Part shown: positions 28,501 through 40,343 of the stretch, one piece after another | Layout: the number at the start of each line of letters is the position of its first letter | Numbering within the stretch: position 1 is the stretch's first letter | Origin: Eledone cirrhosa | Lineage: Eukaryota | NCBI GenBank assembly: GCA_964016885.1 | Contig: OZ024762.1 | Coordinates: forward strand, 3,906,001 to 3,970,000 | Length of the DNA: 64,000 nucleotides | Direction: 5' to 3' | The notes under the pieces: model-generated | What the model was told of the DNA's origin: nothing | Seen by the model: the letters and a program-made list of their open reading frames with translations, nothing else | The model's database searches: none | Translations under genes and position numbers: made by a program

Positions 28501-29789
28501 ACACTCAAAACTAGATCTCGTGAGTGCTGGGTACCAGGATGAAGGGGGGGGGGTATTTGTTGAAGGTGGAGGGTAGTAAGGACTTCTTGGGCTATCAAAC
28601 AGGGTCTGTAAGTTGGTAAAGAAGAAGATTGCTAACTAAGAGGATATGAGTTAAACATCACCATCACCACCACCACCTCCACCACCATCACCATCACCAC
28701 CACCACCACCACCATCATCACCACCACCACCACCACAATCATCACCACCACCACCACCACAATCATCATTGTTATTTTTATTATTACTATTATAACAACT
28801 TTGCCTTTCATCCTTACGGGGTTGATAAAATAAAGTACCAGTAATACACTGGGATAATTGCTGGCCTTGTGCCAAAAGTAGAAACAATTATTATTATTAT
28901 TATAGTTAAGGGCGGTGGATTGGCAGTATCGGTAGAGGGTCGGACGCCATGCTTTCCAGCGTGTTACGTCCCTTTACGAACTGAGTTCAAATCCCGCCGA
29001 GGTTGACTTTGCCTTTCATCCTTACGGGGTCGATAAAATAAAGTACCAGTAATGCACTGGGTAATTGCTGGCCTTGTGCCTAAAGTAGAAACAATTATTA
29101 TTATTATTATAGTTAAGATTAGAAACTTCCTTTAAATTCTGCTTCTTTCCCATATCTTGCCAAGTGTCAACCTGACACCTGAGGAGGCAATATTTGATAA
29201 GAGACACAGTTTACAATCAATTGTCATACAAATTATGCCACAAGGAGGGCACGAATATATTGTTATTATTATTTGGCATAAGGATTGGCACCACCACCAC
29301 CACCACCATCACTACTACCACCACCACCACCATCACCACTACTACCACCACCATCACTACTACCACCAACACTAACACCACTACCACGACAACCACTGCC
29401 ACCAACACAACTACTACTAATACTACTTCAACAACCACTACCACCACCAACATCACTACCACAACAATCACCCCCACCAACACCACCTAACCATCATCAG
29501 CCCCACCACTATTACTACCAACACCACCAGTACTACCTCTACTACTATCAGCAGACCCACCACCACAACAGCAACATTACCATCAATACCAGCACAACCA
29601 CCAACACTACCTCTACCATCATCAGTACACCCACCACCACTATCAACATATACATATACATATATATATACACACACACATGCAACATAGCTCACAAAGA
29701 CGCAATACCACACACCTCATACACACACAATCACAGATACCATACAACACATACTGCACACAAAACATACACACGCAGACACTACATAC

Positions 29790-30075
29790 ACACACTATGG
29801 AATGAAAGACACTCCGTCGGTTATGACAACGAGTGTTCCAGTTGATCCAATCAACGGAACAGCCTGCTCATGAAATTAATGTGAAAGTGGCTGAGCATTC
29901 CACAAACGCACGTACCCTTAATGTAGTTCTCAGGGAGATTCGGTGTGACACAAGGTGACTAGACTGCTCCTTCGAATTACAGGTACAACTCATTTTTGCC
30001 AGCTGAGTGAACTGGAGCAACATGAAATAAAGTGTCTTGCTCAAGGACACAGCGCGCTGCTGGGAATCGAACTCA
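29790..30075 (-). mobile_element. CORE-like SINE
   Basis: Minus strand GAGTTCGATTCCCAGCAGCGCGCTGTGTCCTTGAGCAAGACACTTTATTTCATGTTGCTCCAG (B box plus core) and a long 3' part. Related copy at ~33171-33350(+). Confidence 0.7.
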
Positions 30076-31193
30076 TATGAACTAAAGCCTTTACCGTGAA
30101 ACTGCAAAAGTAAATATAGAGTAAGGTAAATGCTAAAAAGTTCAACCGGCCATATCCAGCCAGAATTCTCTCACCTCTGTCTGTAACCGGCTGCTTATAC
30201 TGATGTTAAGGTATTATTCTCAAAATAAATAACATGAAAATCTCAGATTTGATATTGTGTGAGACAAATCCTTAACTGTAAAAATACAACAGTAAATATA
30301 AAGCAATGTAAATGCTAATCGGTTATGGCCATTTTTACCTTCTTAAATCAGGAGTTACCTTTATAGGTGTATTCACAGGCATCTCCATTCTCTCCTATTG
30401 TCTGTATCCCCCTTCACCAACTCCTGGCATTTATTTTTTTCTTCATTTTATCCTTTATTTTATCCTTCATCATCGTTAGCCATATCTTTTTTGATCTTTA
30501 CCTTTCTCCCACTTCTCATCCAGTTACTTTCATCCTTCCTCCACACATCACCCAACCATCTCATTCCATTTCTCTTCACAACAATCACCACTGACTCTAT
30601 TCCTCTTACCCAGTCATTCTTCCTCAACACCTGACCTAGCCATCTCATTTTAATAGGCAAATAAATATGTAAATTTCAGTAAGTCTAAATCTTGTTCCAG
30701 GTAGTAAAATGGGAAGGGGGGGGGGGATTGTATACCTTGAAAGAAGGGCCTGAGGGGGGGGGGGGTAATTTCAAGGAAGATGTTCAGGAAATTAATGATT
30801 TTTCTATTGTTTTTTCTTTTTAATCTTGATATTCAAACTCGGTACTGATCAGTATTTCAAATATTTGTCGATAACATTCACATTCATTAGATAATGTGTA
30901 CACGTATATGTGTATGTATCTAGCATTGTGTGTATGGGTGTGAAGGGGGAGTTGAAAGGTTCTGTAACACGATTGCTGTATATCAACCAATTGAATCAAT
31001 CATATTTACAATCTATATATTCATATAGTTGCACCAAAACCTCATTTCAAACCAAACACCTCTATGGAATACAGCATATAGATACTACATGTTAGATAGA
31101 AAATATCTGTGTATCACTCACTCACATATATATATACAAATATATATACATACATTTATATACAAATACATACATATATATATACATACACGC

Positions 31194-31256
<63 letters not shown>

Positions 31257-32044
31257 TTGAAGCACGAGTGTATTAGAATTCATAGAATAATGGGAAAAAT
31301 CTCAATGCAAGGAAGCTATTTAAACAGTGTGTGTGTGTACGCACACACACACAATTTAGCTGGTTGAAACCAACATAAGCAACTAGAGACAGTATATATG
31401 TGTGAGTACCAAACTATTATGTTATTTACTAAAACAAACTTCAAAGCCATATTAACATTATTCAGTTCCATTGTTCAACACAGGCATTGAGACGAGAGCT
31501 TCATATGCGTACGGCAAGGGAATTAACTCTCGAATAATCAAGTTTACAAGGGAAGTAAATCGGTATTATGAACACTGCATCAAAATTAATGATATTGTTT
31601 TGTTTGCTGGGGGATTCTAGGGTGTGGGCTTATAGCATGGATATTACATTGCCCGCACACACACACACATATATATTCAGATGCACAAATATATACATTA
31701 ATGCACACACACATATATATATAAAATTTAAAATGATATATATAAATAATCATTGAATGTCTGAAATTTAAAATTTTTGTTAAATTTAAATATGCCGCCT
31801 TTTGTAACTATATAGTCCTAAATTCTTTGCAAAATATATCCAGTTAATATATACACATATATATATATACACACACACATTTACACCATTTCCCACATTC
31901 AAAATTTATAAATAATTATTGAATGTCAGGTGTTTATAATTAAAATTTTTGTTAAATTTAAATATGCCAATGTAATTATATGTTCTTACATTTTTTGCAA
32001 ATTATCTCCTGTTAATATTTGATATATATATACACACACACATA

Positions 32045-32356
32045 CAGTTGTCCCCTGGTATTCACAGGGTTGCGTTCCTAGAGCACCTGTGAAGAGTGAA
32101 AAACTGCGAATGTTGGACGTGGTCCATAAAAGTACCCCAAAAAGTCAAAATATAATAACAAAAGGAGTGTCCAATAGACTGGCAAATACATTATATTGTT
32201 ATTAATAATTTAGCGTTAAAAAGTATATATTGCAACGAAAAAAAGCCACAAAAAGAATCGCGAAAAATATTTACGATTCCAGGAATATGCTGTGGTTTCC
32301 ACGAACAATTATTAGTTAGGTTCTAAGGAAAATTCTGTGAATGCCGGGGTACACTA
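32045..32356. mobile_element. pogo/Tigger-like MITE remnant
   Basis: TA|CAGTTGTCCCCTGGTATTCACAGGG ... TCTGTGAATGCCGGGGTACACT(A): imperfect TIRs. Confidence 0.45.
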
Positions 32357-32387
<31 letters not shown>

Positions 32388-34608
32388 CTAATACACAAAG
32401 TTGTCATGGTAACAATACCTGTAAAGTTTGTTTAATTTTATTCCCACATAAAAACATGGCTTTCTTAGAAGGAACCTGATGTGTAGTGAACTATAAAGTG
32501 ATTTAAGATGAAATTAGGATATTTAGTAAGAAATAAAATATCAACGTATTCTATCATTCATCACAACCATATGAGTGTTTATGGGGCAAAACAAATATCT
32601 GTGGAAGATATGAGTGACTGGTTTGTTTATATAGGAATGTAAACTATGGAGAAAACGTGATGCCAGACAAACTATGTGAGAAAGAAAGTATGAAAGCATT
32701 CAAGGAGAGAATGTGATGGGGGAAAGAACTTCTCTGAAAAACGAAGAAAATATTGATAATGTATTGATAACCAATGTTTATTGATAAATTTTTTTATACA
32801 TTTTGTAAATCAATTTTGAAATAAAATATTAGAAAATATAAATAATTTAATGTTTGGATTTTTATAATTGTATATTTTATTTTTTTTGTGTGTTAATACC
32901 ACGTGAATGTGGGAAATGGTGTGAGTAAATGTGTGTTGGTGTGTGTATATGGATATTATATATACATTATATAATATATATTTTATATAACATAATATAT
33001 ATGTTATATATATTAAATATTTATATAATACATATATTACATAGTATATATATATACTCACATATTATACATAATATACAATATATATTATTTATATAAT
33101 ATATATATGCACACACACATATACATATATATATATATATTATATATATAATATATATATGATATAATGAAGGTGCATAGCTTAGGGTTTAGAGCATTGG
33201 GCTTACAATGGTGAGGTTGTGACTTTGATTCTCAGACCGAGCTTTACATTGTGTTCTTGAGCAAGACACTTTATTTCACATTGCTCCAGTTTACTCAGCT
33301 GTAGAAATGAGTTGCAACGTCACTGGTGCCAAGCTGTATCGACCATTGCCATCGGCCAACCACACCCCTGCGACCAAGCAGTAATGTCGGGATGATCTGA
33401 AAATTAGAAGGAGCGGACACTCGGAGAAAATACACACATTTTTTTAGTCCACTCCCCCTACCACCTATGGAAATGTTACCTTTTAATCAATTTTTGCTGT
33501 CTGAAGAAATCACGATATCTACCATCATTGAAATATGTATAACGGCTCAATTAATGAACGACCCTAACATCTTCAACTTCGCATTTCCTCTTTATATATA
33601 CACTGGAAGGTAATATCCGTAGTGGTAGAGCACTCAGTCCATGGGACGAGTTAGATAGAAGTGGTTACACAACAGTTAGTTCACTGTACCGAGAACAATT
33701 GTTTCACCTTAGCGGATCCTCAGCTTGCAATGGACATGGTTATACAGAACAGGAAGGACAACCATACAAATGCGCATGCGCAGAAACGATCTCTTTACAC
33801 AGGCAATACTAAATTGCGTGCGAGAGGTGTAAGCGAGATAACTGCGAAAGTCCAAAGGTTTCTAGATGATAAGAAAATTAGGATGTTGTAATACAATCCG
33901 GAGCTTTGTAGTTATGTAAGAGGTGTTTCCAGACGTGTGGACAACGTGTGAAGAATTCATTTCTCGTGTGTTTAGGCAATCACTATTGCGTAATCTCTTT
34001 ACAATATTTCTTCGTTCATCAATACATCATCATCATCATCATCATTTTACGTCCGCTCTTCCCTGCTTGCAAGGGTGGGGCGGGTCTTATTCAGGACAGC
34101 ATCTCCTCCAAGTATATACCTATATATACATATATATATATATCTATATATATACCTATATATATATATATATACTTATATATACATATATATACCTATA
34201 TATATATATCTATATAGGTATATATATAGGTATATATGTATATATATATGTGTGTATATATATAGGTATATATATAGTTATATATATATATACATAGGTA
34301 TATATATATAGGTATATATATATATATAGGTATATATATATAGGTATATATATATATATAGGTATATATATATATATAGGTATATATAGGTATATATATA
34401 TATATATATAGGTATATATATATATACCTATATATATACCTATATATATATACCTAATTAGTAAATTTGAATTCCAATGTTACTAAGTAGTTGCATTGGA
34501 TGGAGTCAACCGACGTCAGAGATTGCTCAACGTATAATAAAGTGTGTTTTAAAATTTCATAAACTTCTTCTCTATATATATACCTATATATATATGTATC
34601 TATATACC

Positions 34609-34646
<38 letters not shown>

Positions 34647-35944
34647 CCTATATATGTATATATATACCTATATATATATATATATACAATATATTGAGAA
34701 ACACACAGATACATGCGAACACATACATACACATGAATATATCCACATCCATCCTTGAGTTAATGGTGTTAGTCAACCTTAACCGATGTTGCTCTATGAA
34801 TAACTGGGACAAACCAATCCGAATGGATTAGACTGAACCAGTATCAGAGCTAAAAGTACATTATGAAGAGAGAAGAAACATTTAGATATACTTAGTAATA
34901 AGATGTATCATACCTAAACTGCTTCTAGATTCCTCGACTACATGTTTCTACTAAATGTTTCTTCTCTCTTCATAATGTACTATATATATATATATATATA
35001 CCTATATATATATATATACCTATATATATATATATATACCTATATATATATATATAGAAGAGGTATATATAAATGTACCTTTATATGTGTGTGTAGAGAG
35101 AAGATGTTTTGTTTAATAGACAAAGTAAGTATGTCTATATGAATGTAACAGAATGCCTTCAGTTCTCTGAATTAAAATCCTGCTGAGGTCAACTTTGCCT
35201 TTCATCCATTTGAGGTTGATAAAACAAAGTACCAGTCTAGTATTGAGGTTGATTCTTCTGTTTCTCTGGAAGAAATCTGCTGTATTCAGACCTGGAGAGG
35301 AGATGGGTCTGCCAGGTTTTAAAAAGTGCCCTAGAAATACTGTATGTCAATGTGTGGCCTGTATGACTCCCTTAGGAGTTGCAGGTCCATGCATGCATGT
35401 AACTCTCACAGTTTGGAAGTTCTGCATTCATCACATTGCTCCAGTACTCACAGCTGAGGAGTTAGTCCTGTGGTAGACCAGCGTACTATCCAGGGAGAGT
35501 CTTGTACTCTCAGACACTTAACACCAAGCAAACTGGTCATAAGCTGAGAACAGTCTTTATATATTATACTAAATTTTGGTCTAATCACATATCGATGAAG
35601 GAAATCATGGTCTTAAGATGCTTATTACCAAAATAGATAATTAGTGATTGATACTAATTACTAAGATCGATGGTTTGTATTTTTTATTTTCTGTATTAAC
35701 ATAAACATTACTATCTTGAAGTAAATATACTTATTGTTCTGTATATATATATGTATTAAATACTAGTAGTTTAAACTTATTACATATAGAAACGGGATGA
35801 AAGTAAGGTAACACGGTCGTGAAAAAGTAATTTCTTTCTGAAAATATTTCGGAGACGAAGTATAATATTGATAATCATTCGGTAGAGATCTCAACTCTCA
35901 CCATACGAAGTATATTCAGAAAGAGATATTTCTCCACGCCCTCA

Positions 35945-36009
35945 GTTATCTCGTCTTCATTCCGTTTCTATATATATATTTTTTTAATAAATAAAATTCT
36001 AACTATAAG
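35945..36009 (+). promoter_or_regulatory. Putative promoter of cassette A: upstream 25-bp motif plus TATAAG
   Basis: GTTATCTCGTCTTCATTCCGTTTCT (35945-35969) and TATAAG (36004-36009) are both conserved with near-identical spacing in paralog B (37741-37765; 37798-37803). Confidence 0.6.
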
Positions 36010-36034
36010 TATGACTAATTTACTCAGTAGAGTT

Positions 36035-36182
36035 GCGCTCTTGCGTGGCGCTGCACGTAACTTTTCGTACTTCGCTGTCGTATTTCGGTATGGCATGACC
36101 ATTCTATGTGTCTGAAGATCGAATCGTAGCGGGGGCAGCCCGGCTTTATGCTGGCCTGCGTCCCCGCCTCGCATTGAGTTTT
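36035..36182 (+). ncRNA. Unassigned structured RNA candidate, type A copy 1
   Basis: Starts 31 nt after TATAAG. Hairpins TGTCGTAT-TTCG-GTATGGCA and GCGGGG.GCAGCCCGGC-TTTAT-GCTGGCCTGC..CCCCGC; B-box-like GATCGAATC; ends in TTTT. Confidence 0.55.
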
Positions 36183-37239
36183 ACTAAAAAATTCACTGCG
36201 AGTTATCGTTTGAATTACTTGCCCCTGATTGGAACTCTTCTCGTTTGTTGTCATTCTTCTTTATTGAATTAAACTGTTAACATCGTTTGGATTTACTCGT
36301 GTAATTTGATAGAATCAGTCTGGATATTATACTAATGGTGAGAGGTATGTAATGTTTTATTTGCCGTATATACACTCACAGACATACATTATTCTATATG
36401 CCTTTCATCCTTATGGGGTCGATAAAATAAAGTACCAGTAATGCACTGGATAATTGCTGGCCTTGTGCCAAAAGTAGAAACAATTATTCTATATACAGAA
36501 AGATTCTAGAGACGTACATATTGTTTTATTTAAACCTAAATACACACACAAAACTAGATTTATATATATATAAATGTTCTTTAGCTGAGGTAAAATACCC
36601 TCTAATTTACCTAAACGAACGCTTTATTTGCCATGTATATTTTAATTCATTGCTAAACACTCGAAAATACAGTCTTAGATATATATTAACATTCTTTAGT
36701 GTATGCATTCACCTCTCTAATCCATACACTGGAAGAAACGTTTCCTATCTAGATCAATATACACATATAAAGCTACATTTATATATACACCTTCATTCTT
36801 CTAAAGAGGTATGTAATGTTTTAGTTGTCCCTATTCATCGATAAACACGTAGTTATTCCTGAGACACAAGAATATATTTCGCTACCCTTCATATACAGGA
36901 GGAATGTTAGAGACGTATATGTATAATATAACCGTCTTTTTACTAAGAATAATAACTAAAACCCCTTCATACTCAGGAAAAGTAAACATTCTATCGACAT
37001 ACACCGCCTTCTGTCTTATTCATAGTGGTACATTGTTAGAAGTAACTAACTAAGCCTTCTCTCGACACTATCATTGCATATTTTAAGATCCACTTCTTTA
37101 TATACTATATTTAGGTTTAATCAATACATATATTGATGATTGGAATCATGGTCTTAAGATTACCCAAATCGATACTAACTATTACAAATACAGATCTGTC
37201 TAAGGCTATGTTACCTACATATTAATTGTTTTGAAAAGA

Positions 37240-37325
37240 TGCATCAGTCTTCTCCTCTATGGAGCCGAAACGTGGCCCCTCACAAAGACGATTGACAGCA
37301 GAGCCCTGAGGACCATCTAAATCAT
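37240..37325 (+). mobile_element. Short RTE LINE RT C-terminal fragment (also at ~44855-44930(-) and ~58195-58270(+))
   Basis: CTTCTCCTCTATGGAGCCGAAACGTGGCCCCTCACAAAG translates to LLYGAETWPLTK. Confidence 0.65.
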
Positions 37326-37699
37326 CAGCCCACAGCCTTACTCTCGTTCAACACAGTAGCACCTGGTAGGCTCTACCCATGATGATGCCGGTCTAGATGT
37401 ACAAAATACTCGAATATAAGGTGACCCTCCTCCCTATCTTATGTCTAAGAAGTGGGCAAAAATGCGAACCTTATTTACGTAGAATTTGAAGTTGGCGAAA
37501 ATGGTCCTTGCTACAAAACTATTGACTCCCTATATAAGTCAACCCCTTACTACATATTCCCTGGCTTCTATTCGTGTATATCCCGTTATATATGTACCAA
37601 ATACTAGTATTTCCTTAATGGCTATATATCCCGTTATATATGTACCAAATACTAGTATTTCCTTAATGGCTATATATCCCGTTATATTTATATATAGAG

Positions 37700-37803
37700 A
37701 GAAACGGAAAGAAAACGAGATAACACTCGGAATATGTCGTGTTATCTCGCTTTCTTTCCGTTTCTTTTTTTTTTTAAAAAAGAAGGAAAATGTTAGCTAT
37801 AAG
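37700..37803 (+). promoter_or_regulatory. Putative promoter of cassette B: inverted pair of the upstream motif plus TATAAG
   Basis: AGAAACGGAAAGAAAACGAGATAAC (37700-37724), GTTATCTCGCTTTCTTTCCGTTTCT (37741-37765) and TATAAG (37798-37803). Confidence 0.6.
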
Positions 37804-37828
37804 TATGACTATTTGACTCTGTAGAATT

Positions 37829-37993
37829 GCGGCTTGTGCGTGGCGCTGCACGTAGCGTTTCTGGCTTCGATGTCGTACTTCGGTATGGCATGACCACTCG
37901 ATCGTGTCTGAAGTTCGAATCGTTGCGGGGTCGGCCGGGACCGTTGCAGGCCGGCTTTATGCTGGCCTGCTCTCCCGCCTCGCATGAGTTTTT
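37829..37993 (+). ncRNA. Unassigned structured RNA candidate, type B copy 1 (165 nt)
   Basis: Starts 31 nt after TATAAG. GTGCG-TGGCGC-TGCAC hairpin; ATGTCGTAC-TTCG-GTATGGCAT (cUUCGg); B box GTTCGAATC; GCAGGCCGGC-TTTAT-GCTGGCCTGC enclosed by GCGGGG/TCCCGC; ends in TTTTT. Confidence 0.62.
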
Positions 37994-39689
37994 GCCAAAC
38001 AATTTGACGAGAGTTATCTCCCTTTGATTTGAGTTATTTGCCCTTTGTTGACATTGAACTACTTCCGGTTTGTGGAACTCTTCTTCCTTTGTTGTCATTT
38101 CTTTTCAGTGTATTGAAGCTGTAACATTATTCTATTTACTCTGGGACTATTAACGATATCTGTTTGGATTTTACGTTCGTGTAAAGAGGTATGTAAAGTT
38201 TTATTCACACTCACGGATATTATTGAGACACAAAAATACATTTCACTATCTTGGAAATATACATACATTTAATTCTTCAATATAAATACATTCTTGTAGT
38301 GTTTTAGTTGCCATGTCTTTTAAATTTATTCTAAACACTCTTCACAGAACTAAACCTCCTTCCGAGAAACAATATATACACGCAGCTACCTCTTCTAACT
38401 AAACATACATGTTACTTTCCTCTCTATACCTTATACCATCGTAATTTCTACGTCGAGTTACCTCGTCATCACCACCTTTACTCCAACTCAGCATTCTCTC
38501 TTGCACACATCATATCAACTATATATTTATATTATAATCGTATCTCTATTACACCTTCTCTGCATATACTTACTTAGAAGAAAGGTATATCTCCTCATTA
38601 TACACAGTATCCGGAGCTATATAAGAAACTGTAGTATATAGAATACAGACCCTCTCTCTATACATAAACACACTTCGAAGTATTGTATATATGCAGCATC
38701 TATATACACACAAGGCAAAGTTAAAACCCTCTTCTCTACTACTTTTCCCGAGGATACTTACATAAAACTCAGGATATTTTATCAAGGCATCTATTGTTTG
38801 TATGTAGAAGACATTATATTCAGTATCCTTCTCAATAGAGGAAAAAAACTCCCCATACATACAGTTTTTTATAGAATACACTGCCTTGTTATATAAATAT
38901 TGTACACATGTGGGTATATAATACACTTCTATATATATATAGAAACTTACTACTAGATATTGTGTGTACACAGCAAAGAATCTACTTTTTGTATGTAGAG
39001 ACTCCTCTGTAACATCTAGAAGGCTTATATTTACTATCCTTCTCTATAATAAAAAAAAAACCCATATATACAGTAATACCTTATCTAGAGGCATATAAGA
39101 AACTGTATTTCACAGCCCTATACCCACTCTCCTAAGAAACTAAACTGTTCATGATAAAGAGGTTTAATTTCTGCCTCTAGAAAAGTATTGGTGTTAGAGC
39201 TGTGTAATCTGGATTGTTTTTATTAATACCCTCTGCTTCTTTCCAGGTATGTTGAAGATCTCCGCCAGCTCACCTGAGTGTGTAAATACACACAGTCGTC
39301 TCAACAAATAAAATAACTCCAACAACAAAATGTAGTTTATTTATTGATCTTTATTTCACATTTTCATTTCTTATATATATACACAGGTAGTATCTTACGT
39401 GTAGATCGTTTAACTTTCATTCATATTAAATATATAGGAATTAACAGCTGTGTATATATAACTAGTGGATTGTTAAACACATGCCTAGAGATAAAAAGGT
39501 ATTAACATGCGAGAGAATTCAATTATTATGTAATTAGTGAGAAACATCCTTCTTGAAAGAAGTGTATATATAGAATAGATTAATTAATGTGTATGTACAC
39601 TATAGAATCCCAGTAAGAAACAAGTGTGGTGCTATAGAAAAGTTTCTTTGAGAATGGAAACTGTCTAAGGCGGGTAAAATTCCCGAGAT

Positions 39690-39832
39690 CCATGGACGAG
39701 TTCTCTCCAGCGGTCTCTGTCCCTCATTATCGCTGCCATGTCCTGCATCTCCAACAGACCAGTGTCTGTCCTTAGGGCATCAACATACGTTAACCTTGGT
39801 CTTCCTCTTCTAGTGTGTCCATGTAGGGGCTC
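39690..39832 (-). mobile_element. RTE LINE 3' end fragment (mirror at ~63420-63562 +)
   Basis: HGHTRRGRPRLTYVDALRTDTGLLEMQDMAAIMRDRDRWRELVHGSRE. Confidence 0.7.
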
Positions 39833-40343
39833 CCAAACAGTATATAATACAGTAATCCTAGCAAGTTTATGTGTATATAGATATTCTATATCTCCTGTAA
39901 GATATCTATACAGGGTTATGTGGATATTCTATATCTCTCTCATACTTACCAGTAAGTATATAGGTATTAATAAAGAAGTTTCATATTATAAACATTTATA
40001 ATGTGTATATATACAGTATTCTAGTAAGTTTATTTCCTTCTGTATATAGAATAAATTTGTATTCTATATCTCTCCCAGTATGTATATAGGAATAGAAGTA
40101 TGAACTCAGTTCGAAACATCCTTCATGAAAGAAATGTATCTAATGCAGTATTCTAGTGAGGCCATTTCTTTCTGTATGTATACATATGCCTAGAGATAGA
40201 AGGGTGTTAATATGTATGGATTCTATAGAAGTAAGTGTATATATATATATACACACAGTTTTAAGGTAATAGTATCCTATAGAATACACATACTTATATA
40301 CATCTAGAGAAGAAAGTTTAACTCCTTAGCTATATTTATATAA

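Larger units (their letters stand above)
35055..38415 (+). repeat. Duplicated module, copy 1 (inverted to 44002-47124, direct to 55995-59117)
   Basis: Matching ORFs 35195/46979/56140, 36521/45651/57468 and 37827/44494/58625. This copy carries more substitutions and indels than the other two. Confidence 0.95.

Noticed and set aside
29194-29845. Thr-, Pro- or His-rich mucin-like ORFs (also 11321-12146, 14400-14717)
   Set aside because: Trinucleotide (ACC/ACT/ATG) repeats with no splice or signal-peptide support.
35195-35476. 93-aa ORF repeated three times (also the 104-107-aa ORF at 36521)
   Set aside because: Non-ATG starts, the first inside a SINE core; recurrence only reflects the recent duplication; no recognisable domain.
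36105-36130. CTGAAGA in cassette A1 as a hammerhead core
   Set aside because: Not conserved in other copies (CTGAAGT, CTGAAGG) and no GAAA core or stems follow.
37829-37993. Assignment of the cassette to tRNA, vault, telomerase RNA or pre-miRNA
   Set aside because: No cloverleaf; terminal stem and length differ from vault RNAs I know; no CTAACCCTAA template; hairpins too short for a pre-miRNA. A covariance-model search is still needed.
37827-38027. Sense 66-aa ORF over cassette B
   Set aside because: TTG start; the equivalent ATG frame in type A stops after 6 codons.
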